Shown here: positions 1-13,400 of the stretch, in pieces
Layout of the letters: every line of letters begins with the position of its first letter
How positions within the stretch are numbered: the first letter of the stretch is position 1
NCBI GenBank assembly: GCA_965113315.1
Contig: OZ220364.1
DNA length: 64,000 bases
Source of the DNA: Podarcis vaucheri
Taxonomy: Eukaryota
Strand: one strand, 5' to 3'
The notes under the pieces: model-generated
What the model was told of the DNA's origin: nothing
Databases searched by the model: none
What the model saw: the letters and a program-made list of their open reading frames with translations, nothing else
Translations under genes and position numbers: made by a program

Positions 1-227
1 TGGCTGGTGCTCAAAGTGGGTGGCTGAAAGGAAACCATGACACTCACTTCTTGCTTCCCTCCAGCCCAGCACAAGCCCAGGGAGGAGGCAGGCTCATCCT
101 GTTGCCCTTCAGTCCTGAACGTTTCATGGAGCCTGGGCTGGAACCCAAGACAAATTTGCACGATGACTTCAGCACTTCCAAAGGGATGAGCAGAATTTGC
201 CTCCCTTGGGTCAGAAGCATTCTAAAT

Positions 228-375
228 GCGGTAGGCTCAGTGGTTAGAGCGTGGTGTTGATAACACCAGGGTCGCAGGCTCCATCCCCATATGGGACAGC
301 TGCCTATTCCTGCATTTCAGGGGGGCTGGACTAGATGATCCTCAGGGTCCCTTCTAACTCTACAGCCCTATGATT
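228..375 (+). mobile_element. tRNA-Ile-derived SINE with CR1-type 3' tail
   Basis: A-box, anticodon arm TGGTG-TTGATAA-CACCA (252-268), decayed B-box, then GGACTAGATGATCCTCAGGGTCCCTTCTAACTC as in CR1 3' ends. Confidence 0.75.
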
Positions 376-704
376 GTAAGCCATCAGAGGGACTTGAGAG
401 CTTTCAGATCCTGGGCCGTCTTCCATCAAGCCAAAAAAAAAAAAAAAAACAACTTCCAAAAGCAAGGAGACATACTGGAGGGCACAATAAAGGAAATCTC
501 TTTGCCCTGCTCTCTCTCATAGGTTCCCCCCCCCCTGTATATCTCTACTTATTATCATTGCAAATGTCACATTAATTTTAATAGAACTAGATAGCTCCAA
601 AAGCCATCTGGAATTCTGGGTTATGCTATCACTGTTTTAGAGCATTTACAATCTCCTGTCCTTTTGCTTCTGCTGAGAGAGACCTACGTCTGTTGTTCAT
701 ACAG

Positions 705-833
705 GTCACCTCTTGAGTTACCTAAAGAAAAAAAAGCCAAAGGATGCTTTTTGTATTGTGGGAGTAACCATGATAGATCTTTACCCAAAGGACTCCTGGA
801 ATTTCGTCTTTGGCCAAGCCTCCTTGACTGAAG
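705..833 (+). CDS. AMZ2: AMZ2 internal coding exon (129 bp)
   Basis: catacAG acceptor at 703-704, GT donor at 834-835; encodes GHLLSYLKKKKPKDAFCIVGVTMIDLYPKDSWNFVFGQASLTE(G). Confidence 0.93.
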
Positions 834-3800
834 GTATATACATTGTTTATTCCTTTATCAAGTCATCAAGACTTTATATGACTTAAATTTGATAATGAGC
901 TTCTTCTGTCTTTGCACAAAACATCAGTACAGTGGTACCTCGGGTTACAAACACCCCGGGTTACAGACTCCGCTAACCCGGAAGTAGTACCTCGGGTTAA
1001 GAACTTTACCTCAGGATGAGAACAGAAATTGTGCAGTGGCGGCAGCAGGAGGCCCCATTAGCTAAAGTGGTACCTCAGCTTAAGAACGGTTTCAGGTTAA
1101 GAACGGACCTCCGGAATGAATTAAGTTCGTAACCAGAGATACCACTGTAAGACTGACTACAAGCCAACTATTTTTTGAGCAGTGGGGCTGCTCCAGAAGT
1201 GCACTTTTTATTTTGGTATATGTATTTATATATAAAAATACAACACACATTGAGGGGAAAGCATTTCTTATTTATCAGTGCACATGATGAGGAAGAAAGC
1301 AAGCTTTGAAAATTGAGGCTGCTTCTGAGGGAGCTGTGCTGCACATCTTGTTCCACTGCTTACCCTGTGTAGTCAGTGTTAAACTTTGCCACAGATGGAA
1401 TTCAGATTGGCATCTTTCCTTCTGGCAAGCTGAAGTCCAACTCTGAAGCTGCAGGCATCCCACTTGAGGACAGGGTGTGATGCATGACTGCATGGCCATG
1501 ATAGCAGAGCTCAGCTTGTGAGAATGAAGAATATCCTCCACACAGCACAGAGCCTTCTGGCATAGATTAATGGCATTATTTACTCACACAGGATCCTAGA
1601 AGCCTTTGTGCAGATCCAGCATGGCTCTGACTATGTAGATGAGGGGTTAGGAACCTGTGGCTCTCCAGCCATCATCCCTGACCATTGGCTGGGGCTGTTG
1701 GGGGTTGAGTTTCTCCACTCCTGGTGTACATCGTTCCCTACCTTCCCAGCCTTTGAATGGCGGAGCCAGCCTCTTCACATTTAAGGCACTGGCAATAACT
1801 ATAAGTAAGCTGAACAGAAACTTTTAAGGCCCCATGCTAGTATGAACCTGCAATGAATACGGCTGTGCAGATTGTTGTGAAATTTCTGCTGAGATAGAAC
1901 ATGGTTTTGTGCCTGCACTAGAGCAACTGGGCTTTTCCTTCCTACCCCATCAGGACAGTAGATTTCATACCGGAGATGGTAGGTGTTTCTGCAGAATTTC
2001 CAGCTTGATGTTGTGAAAATGAATTATTCTTTTGAAAAGGTTCTGCTGGGTTCTTTCGATTCAATAAAGGTCCAATAAACAGTGCAGAGGGAGGGAGGAT
2101 TTGCAAGAGGGTTGCAGTACATCTCTTGACCACAGAGGGGTGGCAATAGCACATACAAAACAGTTTTGTAATGAAGTCTCCTGTGCTGTCTAGGACAGTA
2201 GGGCATTCTGGACCATGAGGATAAAACTAGGCGAGATTGGGTCTCTTCTCATTTTTGCAATATCATTTTCATATCATTTTCATGATAAAACCTACCACCC
2301 CCTTCCTGAAACTCTGACCTTTGCAACACACCACCTTGAGGTGTGCTAATGAACAACAGCGCTTACCAAGTTTAGAGGAAGGCCATACAAATCTATGCAA
2401 AATAGAAATTTTCTTTGAGTGCGATGAAGTGGCTCGAGTTTTGAGCAAGTCATTTCCCTAAGGTAAGAGGAGATTGGCCAGATTCAAAAGAGGGCTGGAC
2501 TCCTGCAACTTTATTAGTCACACACAAGAGACCATTTCAGAGGAAATTCAGTAATGCATGTACACTTGCTAAAACTCCCATCTCTACACAAACTATTAAA
2601 AGTGCAGGAGGCCTGTCCTCCCTTCACCTGACTCCCTTAACTCTTACAGGACAGTAATGAGCTCCTTAGAGGAAGGGTAGGGATAGGATTCAAATGGGAT
2701 GCGGGTGGCGCTGTGGGTAAAAGCCTCAGCGCCTAGGACTTGCCAATCGCATGGTCGGCGGTTCGAATCCCCGCGGCGGGGTGCGCTCCCGTCGTTCGGT
2801 CCCAGCGCCTGCCAACCTAGCAGTTCGAAAGCACCCCCAGGTGCAAGTAGATAAATAGGGACCGCTTACCAGCGGGAAGGTAAACGGCGTTTCCGTGTGT
2901 GCTGCGCTGGCTCGCCAGATGCAGCTTGTCACACTGGCCACGTGACCCGGAAGTGTCTGCGGACAGCGCTGGCTCCCGGCCTATAGAGTGAGATGAGCGC
3001 ACAACCCTAGAGTCTGGCAAGACTGGCCCGTACGGGCAGGGGTACCTTTACCTTTAGGATTCAAATGTAAAAATAAAATAAAAATGCTATCCATCAACTT
3101 GCTTGAAGCAAGTTGTAGCTAAAGGTGGGGGCTGCAGTGGGGCTGCAGTTCTGTGGTTACTCCCAGCCCCACCCATGCTTTCTCAGCCTGACCTTAGTCA
3201 TACATGTTCCATTCCCACAGCAAACTTGGAATTCTTTTTAGAAATGACTGCTGTGAAGCCACAGCTGGCCCCAGAAGTTCTAGGAAGACCTTGGGACCTT
3301 ATGAAGCTCATGTATCTGAGCAAGAACATTTTTGTAGCTGGACTGATCTCAACAGGGGCTTATGGGTAAGTTTCCCCCATGTCACTTCTAGGTGGAAGAG
3401 GGGAAGAAGCCTCATTTCTGACTTTCTAGAAGTATTGTACTTGCTTTTCCAGTAGTATATTCAGCATTTTGGTGCTATTATCCTGTCACCACATCCGTCT
3501 GCCCTTTATGGGAGCCTTAATTTTATTTCCTCTTTGCATTGTTAAGGAATGGGGATCTTCAGCTTTGCCAGGTATGACAGCGACTTTTACAGTGCAAACT
3601 ACAAAGGCACACTGAAGACTACAAAGAAGCTTCCTCCATCTGACTATTCTGTGTTTGATGGCTACTATACCCCTGAGATCACAAGCAAGCTGCTTCTGAG
3701 GTCCTGCAAAGTGGGTGTGCTTCAGATTCCTGGCACTACATTTCCACATCTAAATCAAATCTGTGTTTTAGTCACCACATTTCCTTTAATTCTTTGATTA

Positions 3801-6594
3801 ATTTCCTGTAATACTTTAATTCTGTTAAAGTAAGTGGACTTAACACTGTTTATATATTTTACTTCTTTAAGGCCATTTCTATACTCCTTTTTTTTAAAAA
3901 AAAAAAAGTGTCTAAAAGGCATACAACCACAAAAACACGCAATACTTTGTTGCTGGCAGTAAACCAAAATGATATAATCCCAGTTTTGTCACATCACTGT
4001 GGCTTGATGGCCTAGCCATAGCAAGGGAGTATTTGGATCTAGAATAACAAACTGGATGTTTAGCAGATCTCCAGAACAATACATGATTTATTTAGTCTTA
4101 TTAGGAGTTCGACATTTTTGTCTTGTGTGTGGTGTTTGGGAGGCTCATGTTGCTTGGATGTGCTGCTTTACTTTGACTACATGAAACCTCTCAGAATAGG
4201 CCACTCAATTCACCTCCCTCTTAAGGCAATGAGGCTCATCCACCCTGTTTTCCCTCAGGAAAACCCATTGTTTACCACTGAATTGGGTTGGGCTTTTCCC
4301 CCTGCAGATTGGTGCTTGTTCCAATTCAGCAGTAAACTGTGGGTTTTTTCGGGGAAAGCGGTGGGGCAAATGAAGAACTGCTCGGACCCATGCCTAGAAA
4401 TTGTGGGATAAACGGAAGTACGGACGAACCTATAGTCAGCTCACAGTTAACCGTTTTGGTTTAACTGGGAAGCAGATGTGGCTGGAGCTCTGCATAAGCA
4501 AGCCTTTCCTGTGGAAGCCACTGTGCGCAGAATACATAAACAGTTAGTTTTTGTTGGGGAAGTGAAAATATCAAGTTTTGTTTTGGGAGGGTTTATTGCG
4601 TAATGCTCTGCATAACAGCAAGTTCAAGTTCCCTGAAAGAGCAAGAATTTTATCACCGTTAAGTGTATACCTTGTCTTGGAAAAGAGCTAGCAATACAGT
4701 ACTTTTGATTGATTGATTGTGCCTCTCCCATCTGACTGGGTCGCCCCAGCCACTCTGGGCAGCTTCCAATATACAGTGGTGCCCCGCAAGACGAAATTAA
4801 TTCGTTCCGCAATTTTTGCCGTCTAACGAATTTTTCTTCTTGCGAAGCACGGTTTAAACGGCTTAACAAAGTCGCAAGACGTTTTCGTCTTGCGAAGCAA
4901 GCGCATAGGGGAATTCGTCTTGCGAGGCAAATCGCGAATGAAAAAACCTTTCGTCTAGCGAGTTTTTTGTCTTGCGAGGCATTCGTCTTGCGGGGCACCA
5001 CTGTATAGTGAAACATCATACATTAAAAAGCTTCCCTATATGTAGTGCCGTGGGGAATGTCAGGTCCTTAGAACACACGCTCCAATTGTTCCTTGTTTCA
5101 TTTGGTCCTGTGTTTCAGACCCTCACTCACGAGATTGGGCACATCTTTGGACTGCATCACTGCCAGTGGTTAGAATGTGTCATGCAGGGCTCCAACCATT
5201 TGGAGGAATCGGACCGACGCCCATTGGATCTTTGCCCCATTTGTCTGCGCAAGCTACAGTCTGCCCTTGGCTTCAACATTCTGGAAAGATACAAGGTACA
5301 AAAAGATTGCCATTCAGGTTGGAGACATCCATCTTTTTTGCCTCTTACTCTAAAACTGAACATGGGCAAGTGTTACCCCAGCAGTGTAGGAACTACTGCA
5401 GGCTGCTTTCAACTTACGGTTTTTTTAGGGGGGTGCATTAATGTAGCTTTTGATTTTACGTCTCATTTTGTATTTAACAGATAGAGTATTTTTTGCTTAT
5501 TTATTGTACACCACACAGAGAACTTTGTTATGGGACAGCATAACAATGTTGAAAATGAAATACCGTATTTTTCGCTCTATAGGACGCACTTTTTGCCTCC
5601 AAAAATTAAGGGGAAATGTGTGTGCGTCCCGTGGAGCGAATGCAGGCTCCTTGGCTTCAGCGATAGCAACGCGAAGCCTCCAAAGCGCAGAGGGAGTGCT
5701 CCCTCCACACTCCGGAGGCTTCGTGTTGCTTTCGCTGAAGCCTGGAGAGCAAGAGGGGTCGGGCTTCAGCAGAGAGGGAGAGCTGTTCAGTGCCCCTTCA
5801 GCAAAGCGGGAGGAGAAATGGAAGTGGCTCTGTTTCTCCTGCCACTTCCCTGAAGGGGCGCTGCGCAGAGAGGGGGAGAAATTTTTTTCTTGTTCTCCCC
5901 CTCTAAAACAAGGTGCGTCCTATGGTCCGGTGCATCCTATAGAGCAAAAAATACAGTAACTTAAGAGACGAGTTATCACTTTCTCCTCTGTGACCCCCAT
6001 CCCACGCTGCCTCCTTGTACAAACAACCCTGTACAGATTGTGAGATTAGATTGTTGAGGATTCTCAGTCCTCAACACAGATCCACCCTAGATTTTGAGAG
6101 GTGAATGTCAATAAGCCACTGAACTGCTTAAGAACTGGTTATATTTTAACACAGTATTTTCTTTATGAGGAGATAAATCCACAGATCTGCCACACACAGC
6201 CTGAAGAAATATTTCTTTGTGTTTCTTCTGCTACGGTTTGTTTCTTTGCTTCTCTTTGTCTCCTTATCTTCAACAAATAAAGGCACAAATAAACTGAAGG
6301 CTGTGGTCAAAAAAATGCACAAAAGAAGTCATTGTTGGTGCATAATCGTGGTTCCATGCCAAACCAATTGGTTTATCTGAACTGTTTATTTTATTTGACA
6401 CGACCATTTTATATAAGACTTTTAGTTAGTGTTTGGATTTCTCCTAGGCACTGCAGAAGTGGATGGAGGAAGAAGCTACTGGAACAGAAGAAGGGCTTAG
6501 CAGTGAAGCAAGGCCAAGTTTGCAGAAACCATTGGAAGCATTTAAAGAAAGCTATGACTGGATTTCCAAATGCCTAGAAGTTCTACAGAAGTAA
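705..6594 (+). CDS. AMZ2: Archaemetzincin-2, 3' part of gene: join(705..833,3547..3710,5119..5295,6448..6594); 5' exons lie upstream of the window
   Basis: Four AG/GT-bounded exons splice in frame to ...GHLLSYLKKKKPKDAFCIVGVTMIDLYPKDSWNFVFGQASLTEGMGIFSFARY...LLLRSCKTLTHEIGHIFGLHHCQWLECVMQGSNHLEESDRRPLDLCPICLRKL...KCLEVLQK*. This has the archaemetzincin HEXXHXXGXXH plus CX4CXM...CXXC motif. Synteny with SLC16A6/ARSG fits AMZ2. Confidence 0.95.
930..1147 (+). mobile_element. Tc1/mariner-pogo MITE, family A
   Basis: TA|CAGTGGTACCTCGGGTTA ... ATACCACTG|TA; seven related copies in the window. Confidence 0.88.
2696..3054 (+). mobile_element. Sauria SINE, full length
   Basis: tRNA-like head with B-box GGTTCGAATCC, (ACCTTT)n tail, 12-bp TSD TAGGATTCAAAT. 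Confidence 0.9.
3547..3710 (+). CDS. AMZ2: AMZ2 internal coding exon (164 bp)
   Basis: AG at 3545-3546, GT at 3711-3712; encodes (G)MGIFSFARYDSDFYSANYKG...PEITSKLLLRSCK; phases match both neighbours. Confidence 0.93.
4774..5003. mobile_element. Tc1/mariner-pogo MITE, family C
   Basis: Perfect 22-bp TIR CAGTGGTGCCCCGCAAGACGAA, TA TSD, internal repeats of TTCGTCTTGCGA. Confidence 0.9.
5119..5295 (+). CDS. AMZ2: AMZ2 catalytic zinc-binding exon (177 bp)
   Basis: tttcAG acceptor at 5117-5118, GT at 5296-5297; HEIGHIFGLHH at 5128-5160 followed by CQWLECVM...CPIC. Confidence 0.96.
5563..5956. mobile_element. TA-flanked MITE, family D (CCGTATTTT termini)
   Basis: TA|CCGTATTTTTCGCTCTATAGGACGCAC ... 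GTGCATCCTATAGAGCAAAAAATACAG|TA. Confidence 0.85.
6448..6594 (+). CDS. AMZ2: AMZ2 last coding exon
   Basis: ctcctAG acceptor at 6446-6447; encodes ALQKWMEEE...KPLEAFKESYDWISKCLEVLQK with TAA at 6592-6594, resembling the AMZ2 C-terminus. Confidence 0.92.
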   Translation, partial: ALQKWMEEEATGTEEGLSSEARPSLQKPLEAFKESYDWISKCLEVLQK

Positions 6595-7399
6595 AATCCT
6601 TTGGGGTGTAGGTAACGTTAAAGTGAACACTCTTATTTCAGTGGTGGGCAGCTGCTAAAATATGATATGATGATGAATGAATGAATGATTTGTTTAGTTC
6701 TTTCGTTAGAAACTAAACAACTTGTCCTTAAAAGTTTAGTGAGTTTATTTTGTGAGCAAGGTTTCCCCTTGCTACTTACTTTAATTTTTTGTTCTGAGCT
6801 ATCATATAAAACATTTCAAAATACTTCAGCTACGTTGGAATCCAAAGAACTAACACCAGAGATTCATACTTGTCCCCCTTTTGATTGGCAGTCCTACCAT
6901 TATCTACCTGCAGGACAGTTGTGTAACATTTACATACCTTGAAAACCTGGAATTCTAAAACAAGCAATGGCTCTTTGGCACAGAGTGATGTACACAATTT
7001 TTTTTAATCAGAGAACATTCATATAATATAGATGTATCAAGTAAACCTAAGCTTTTCATTGCGTCAATTCTGTGAGTTACCTATTATAAAGCTAAAAGTC
7101 AGGAACAGTGAGGTTTCAGCAGCAATATCCATTGAAATCAGCATTTAGTTTCAAATGAATGTTTATGAGGATTGATGTGTCCATTATCTGAAGGTAGTGG
7201 GAATTTTCCTTAAGATGAGTAGACTAAACAGACAACACTGCCTGTCTTGAATCCGTTAAACTAAAACATACAGATACAATAGTTTTTAGCTATGCAATCA
7301 ATTTAAATTCTCTAATAGTTGGAGTTGTTCAGAGAGTTAAGGATTATTTTTACTTATATGAAAGATTCATAGTCCACCTTTCATTGTTAATATTATTTG

Positions 7400-7635
7400 T
7401 TTGTTTGTTTGTTTTACCCCGCCCATCTGGCTGGGTTTCCACAGCTACTTTGGGTGGCTTCCAACAAATATTAAAAATACATTAAAACATCAATCATTAA
7501 GAACTTCCCTAAACAGGGCTGCCTTCAGATGTCTTCTAAACATCAGAGAGTTGTCTATTTCTTTGACATCTGATCAGAGGGCATTCCACAGGGCGGGTGC
7601 CACTACGGAGAAGGCCCTCTGCCTGGTTCCCTGTT
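7400..7635 (-). mobile_element. L2 LINE 3' end
   Basis: Reverse complement of 53160-53390. Confidence 0.75.
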
Positions 7636-7949
7636 TGATTTGTGCTCTATAATACAAACTTTATAAAAAAACTTTTTTAAAAAGCATTAAACCATTTCTA
7701 TTAATTTTACAAATAGTATTCCATAATTAGATTGAGTCACAATTCAGGGAAAGCCTTCTTGAACAAAAATATCCTCAACAGCTGCATAAGTATCAAGACA
7801 CTGCATCTGTCTGATCTCAGCTGGTAACCAATTCCAAAGGGCTGGAGCAGCAACACTAAAAGCCCTGTTTCTAGTACAAAGTAGAGCACGTCTGGGGCAT
7901 GTGGTGCTCTCTGCAGTGGCTTATCTGAGCAGCACCCAACAGGGATATA

Positions 7950-8164
7950 CAGTGGTACCTTGGGTTAAGAACGTAATTTGTTCCGGAGGTCTGTTCTTAA
8001 CCTGAAACTGTTCTTAACCTGGGGTACCACTTTAGCTAATGGGGTCTCCTGCTGCCGCCGTGCTATTTCTGTTCTCATCCTGAAGCAAAGTTCTTAAGCC
8101 AAGGTACTATTTCTGGGCTAGCAGAGTCCGTAACCTGAAGCGTATGTAACCTGGGGTACCACTG
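7950..8164 (-). mobile_element. MITE family A
   Basis: CAGTGGTACC TIRs and TA TSD; reverse orientation relative to 930-1147. Confidence 0.88.
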
Positions 8165-8218
8165 TATGGGCAAGGCAGTCCCTTATCAGATAGGGCTCAG
8201 CTATAACAGATTAAAAAA

Positions 8219-8557
8219 GGGATGTGGGTGACGCTGTGGGTTAAACCACAGAGCGTAGGGCTTGCCGATCAGAAGGTCGGCGGTTCAAATCCCTGTGATG
8301 GGGTGAGCTCCCGTTGCTCAGTCCCTGCTAGCAGTTCGAAAGCACGTCAAAGTGCAAGTAGATAAATAGGTACCGCTCCGGCGGGAAGGTAAATGGCATT
8401 TCCGTGCACTGCTCTGGTTTGCTAGAAGCGGCTTAGTCATGCTGGCCACATGACCCGGAGCCTGTACGTCGGCTCCCTCGGCCAATAAAGCGAGATGAGC
8501 GCCGCAACCCCAGAGTCGGTCACGACTGGACCTAATGGTCAGGGGTCCCTTTACCTT
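8219..8557 (+). mobile_element. Sauria SINE
   Basis: Same head, body and ACCTTT tail; flanking direct repeat TATAACAGAT. Confidence 0.88.
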
Positions 8558-8669
8558 TATAACAGATCAAAGTGTCTCAGGCTGCACTACTTTGATCAAT
8601 GATCAATAGAGGATGTTGCACTTACGCTATCCTAGGAGGCACTGGTTATTTAGTAACAGTGTACAGCCC

Positions 8670-10200
8670 AATCGTATGCATGCTTGTACGGATGTAACCT
8701 CCTGTCGATGACTTACTCCTGGGTAAACGTGCACAGGACCGTGCCACAGTTTGTAAAACAAACATGAGGCGCGCTGTAAGCAGGTGGTGCGTATTAAAGT
8801 GCGGGTGGGCGTGGCTGCTTTTTGTGCACTGCGCCGCAAGCGGCTGATCCAGGAAGTGCAGGCTGCACGTGCGCTGAGGCACTCGGATCTCGCCCCTATT
8901 TGGTGCGACAAATAGGTTCGCGGATAGCCGGTCGCAGTGCCCCGGCTCAGCTTTCGTGCCGGAAGCAAGCTCCTGGAGCATGAGGGCAGCGGCGTTGCGC
9001 AGGCCACGGCTTTCGGAGATCTCTCCTGCAAAGCGCCCACGGGCGTCCCTGCTGCTCGCTGCATCGCCGGCCTCGCAAAATCTCCCCTGCGCAGGGAGAC
9101 AACGACCACTTGCAACTCGCCTTGCCCAAAGGGGTTGCGTTACGCGGAGCGATGCGGATTCGACGAGCTCGGGAGTTTAGAGGGAAGGTCCCCATTGGTC
9201 CAGGATCGGGGAAAGGGGCGGCGCAAAGCCCGCGCTCACACGGGCCGCGCGAACCGTGCAACGTGGGAGCGAGCGGCGCCTGCAGCAGCAGCAGCAGCGG
9301 TGGGGTAACTCAGCGGCGCAGACCTGTGAGTGAATTGCCCGTTTGGGGCAGGCTGTCTTTGCTGGGGGTGCGAGCGGGGACTTGCAGATTTTGCAAGGGG
9401 GCAAGCCGGGTGATGGGTGGGACCGATCCTGAGTGGTACGAGCAATTTAGCTGCTGCCACCCCTTTCCGAGGGAGAGGGCGGTTTTGGAAGTGTCTCGTA
9501 AACAATCGGGGAGGGATGCAGAAGGAAGGGTCCGGTCACCGGATGCAAAAGAGGCCGGGGGCTCCCGCACCTTTGGGTGCAGGGGAAGGGAATTTCAGCT
9601 AGCGTTGCCGTGTGCTGCAGGCTACACCTGCACGCAGCTGTTGAAGGAGTCGGTGCCCTTGCCTCTTTACTATGGGGCCACCCTGAGGAAGGGATGCATC
9701 GAGATATCTACCCCCAAACAAAGCTCTTGTGGGTTTTTGTGGCAATCCAGGGGATCGTGATGTTCTGGGGCGGGGGTGGGGGTGTTAAATAGGATTGGGG
9801 TGGCAGTGTGCAGCCAGATCTCCCGCTTACTCTTAAGCAAGCGTCGCCAACTCCAACTGGGGGGCGTGGAGCTTTCGTGTCCGCAATCGCTTCAAAATCG
9901 TCGCTGGGGATGGGAGCCAATGGAAGGCGGAGTGGGGCGCTTCCGGTGCAGGGCGGCGCACTGGAAATTTCCGCTGCTGCGCAGCTTGCCTGGGAAGCCA
10001 TGCTTCTCTCTGCCCGCCCAGCTGGCCCCGATACCCGGCGCGTGGAGGGCGGGGCGCAGCTGGCGCAATAGGAGGGTTCCCTTACCGCCCCCTACTTTCC
10101 CCGCGTGGTTTTAGGGGGTGTTTCCTCTCCCGTCCGCCTCCGACAAGGAAAAACAGAAAACGTCGCGTTGACGCCCCTCTCCTGTTGTCGAGCTCAGGTT
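8670..10200 (+). promoter_or_regulatory. CpG island; probable distal ARSG promoter with a non-coding first exon ending at 9325
   Basis: High GC and dense CpG, ETS (CCGGAAG) and GC-box motifs, and a + strand donor CCT|GTGAGT at 9326-9331. No credible CDS. Assignment to ARSG is inferred from the known mammalian gene layout. Confidence 0.6.
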
Positions 10201-10276
10201 GGAGCAGAGTCAGCCCCAAATATACTCTCTGCCAGCTGATGCTTTAAGCTGGTTTTCACATACATAGATCTGGATA

Positions 10277-10453
10277 CAGTGGTACCTCGGTTTAAGAACT
10301 TAATTCGTTCTGGAGGTCCGTTCTTAAACTGAAACTGTTCTTAACCTGAGGTACCACTTTAGATAATGGGGCCTGCCGCACGATTTCTGCTCACATCCTG
10401 AAGCAAAGTTCTTAACCTGTAACCTGAAGCGTCTGTAACCTGGGGTACCACTG
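10277..10453 (-). mobile_element. MITE family A (internally deleted)
   Basis: CAGTGGTACC TIRs and TA TSD. Confidence 0.85.
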
Positions 10454-13400
10454 TAGATAGATATGGTAGGGCCGTGGGTCAGTTACAGAGCAACTGCTTT
10501 GCAAGCAGCAAGTCAAAGTTTCAGCTACAATCTAGTGCCTTCCATTCTGCATTGTAGCTGTGGCACACCCTGCAGTGCCCCACAAGGCTACGCGCCCCAT
10601 GTGACCAAACCGGTTGCGTTCCCCTAAATCTGCACCTAGGAACAGGGCCGGCCCACCAACAGTGCAAAATGAAAGGACTACCTCAGATGGCGAGATCCAC
10701 AAGGGCAGCAGACCCAGCCTCCAAGGAACACATCACCTGCTTCTGCAGCTGTGGGGCACACCTTGGAAGACAGATCTGCCGCTGCTTCCTCCTCAACAAC
10801 CCCCCTCCAAATGCCTCTACAATGACCTCTTGGAGAACAGGAGATGCTGCTGGTGTCCTCTCACCTGAAACCTCACTCCCTAATATTCAGGTTCTAGGCT
10901 AGGATATATATACATATGAACATACTAAAGTGGTAAAGAACTGTGGTGTAACTGATCTCTGTTTGAGATCAATATTTGGTAAATTTTTTTCTACATTGCA
11001 ACCAGGAAGTGAAAAGTGACAGCTGACAGGGCCAGTTTAATTGGTTTGTACAAAGAAAGCATTCATCTGTATATTTAACTCAGCCCAGGGCTGTTTCGTT
11101 TGAGGGATCCGTGAAATTTAGGCTTTTCCTGCCTAATTCCTGGCATGAGCTAGTATGCACTGCTCGTTATGGTCCTCCACAATGTATTGTATTGTCATTA
11201 TAGCCTACAGTATGGACTAACTTGTTGCTGAATTGGATGAAGTGTTTCCCCCAAAAAACCCAGCTCTGTTTTTATTCAGCTGCAAATACTTGCCGGGCTT
11301 GTTCCTGAAGAAAAGGTGAATTCAAGAGGAAAATGTTAAAACGAGGTATTGCTTGCCACAAAGGAAAAGCAAATGCAACATTGGATTTTATTGAGACCTG
11401 CTAATATGGCCAGATCCTGGGAAGCCCCACGAAACAAACAAAAAAAGCAGGTTTTAAAGTAATCCAGCTTCAATTCTGTCTTGGTGGGCTTGCTTGGCAT
11501 TGGGGGGAGATTATGTATCTCAGTAGCAGAGCACGTACATTGCATGCAGATCAGTGACATCTCTAGTTTAAAAGGACCAGGTAGCAGATGATACAAAAAT
11601 ACCCTTGCCGGAGCCCCTGGCGGTCTGGGCTCAGAGGTGGTTTTAGGGTAACGTGACTGGTACAGCTTGAGTGCCTAACTGCAAGGGTGCCACAACAATG
11701 CAGTAGAACGGTGCAAGTGGGGGTACCAAATGTTAGTGTCGCTGCTGAAATTTGAGAGCCGAAAGTTTGCCACTGCTAGGCTAATGGGGCAAATAGCCTG
11801 GTCTGCTACAAGGCAGCATGAAATGTGAAGATGTGTTATTGAACCCTCTCATTACGGAGTCTGGCTTTTGGAGGCCAGCCATAGCTTATGGGCCTACTGG
11901 TCTTGATCTGCTAGATGTGGGGGTCTCTGGAGGGACCAGTGAAGTCAGTAAAATCCTGCTTAGTTTGGAGTGAATTGGCAGCCAGTCCCCCAAGGAAAAC
12001 TGAAAGCTTGATGGTACAGATGAACTTAGATGTGATAGTCAACCAAGTTTTACTCAGAGTAGACCTGTTTAAATTAATGGACCAAACTCTGAGTAAAAGT
12101 TAAATTCCACCAAGGGTGTGTGTGTAACTTCTTACAGCCTAAAGAATATTGTTTGTATTTGTGATGCTCACAACATGTCTCAATATAAGTACGGTAAATC
12201 TTTTCTAGAACAGCACACTAGAGGGAACTCTCTAGCCTCTTTAAAGCAAAGTCTGTGCTCTCTAGCCTTACACCCTATGTGTATTTAATGAGAATTTCTG
12301 CAAAGCAAATATGTTTGAAGATCTTTTTGTAATTAAAATGAAATGTGTTCTTTCCCCCTTCCTTCCTAAAATTCACACCTGAATACTAAAATCTGCCGCA
12401 CATTTTAAAAAGAATGCTTCAAGTGAAATGAATATTTTGTTATGGCTTTAAAGGAACAACATTTTAAGGAATCAAAAAATTGGACAGGATACATTTTTCT
12501 TCTTTTTTTTTTAGAGATGTGAATAAGCATTGAACGTTCCTTACAGTTATGTATAAATACAGCAATTTGGTCTTGGGATGGGAGCGCCACTAGACAGATA
12601 AAGCTACCCATCAACCAAGTTTGCACATCTGTTCCCCCTCCCCCTTAATATAGATTTGTTCCCTCCTTTTTGAACGAATGAGAACATCTTCCAATCCATG
12701 TGTGTGTGTGAAAGCCCCTCAAAGCCTGGAAAAATGCTTCTCCTTATTTTCAGATCTCCATGTTACCGTTGAGCATACGGGGACTGTGAATTAGTCTGCT
12801 GTAACTAATAAGAATGCAGACAGTTTAATAAGGACTTTTCTGTATTAATAAAGACCATCACACTTGATTATGTAGCGTTTCTAACATAGAAGCCATGGGG
12901 CAGTAATCCTCTTCATCATCTCAATTCAGTGAAGCAGGTCCTTTGGAAGGAAGGGAAGGATAGAAATATTACCAATAATGAAGATAGCAATCATTCTTAC
13001 TATAAAGATAAGAAACTGAGGGTGGCAGCTTGTGACTTGCTGAAGATGAGCTAGTGAGGCCATCAAAAGCGGGTGCTTCAATCAAGTGGCTAGCAATAGA
13101 TGATCAACAAAAGGATGCTTGGAAAACAAATCTTTTCCCCCAAAGGATTTTGGGGGTTGGGGGAGAAGCATTTTGTTTAATGGCCAAACATTTGGCAGTC
13201 CCATGCATATGCTGTACACCTATTTTACTCCAATCAGAAACTGTTTCTACTTTGTAATGCCGTTATTAATGTTACAGCTTTATAGTATGCGGGAAAGAAG
13301 TTTGACGCTTATACAACCAATCTAGAGTTTCATGTTGTTAACAGGCATACAGAACTCATGCGCAAGTGGATTTCCCCATTCACTTAAACTCTGCCTGCGC

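Noticed and set aside
228-300. Possible tRNA-Ile gene
   Set aside because: T-arm/B-box and acceptor stem are degenerate and the sequence runs into a CR1 tail; it is a SINE head.
8627-10114. Overlapping long ORFs (up to 216 aa) on both strands
   Set aside because: They lie in a GC-rich CpG island where stop codons are scarce; low-complexity R/G/A/P content and no recognisable domain.
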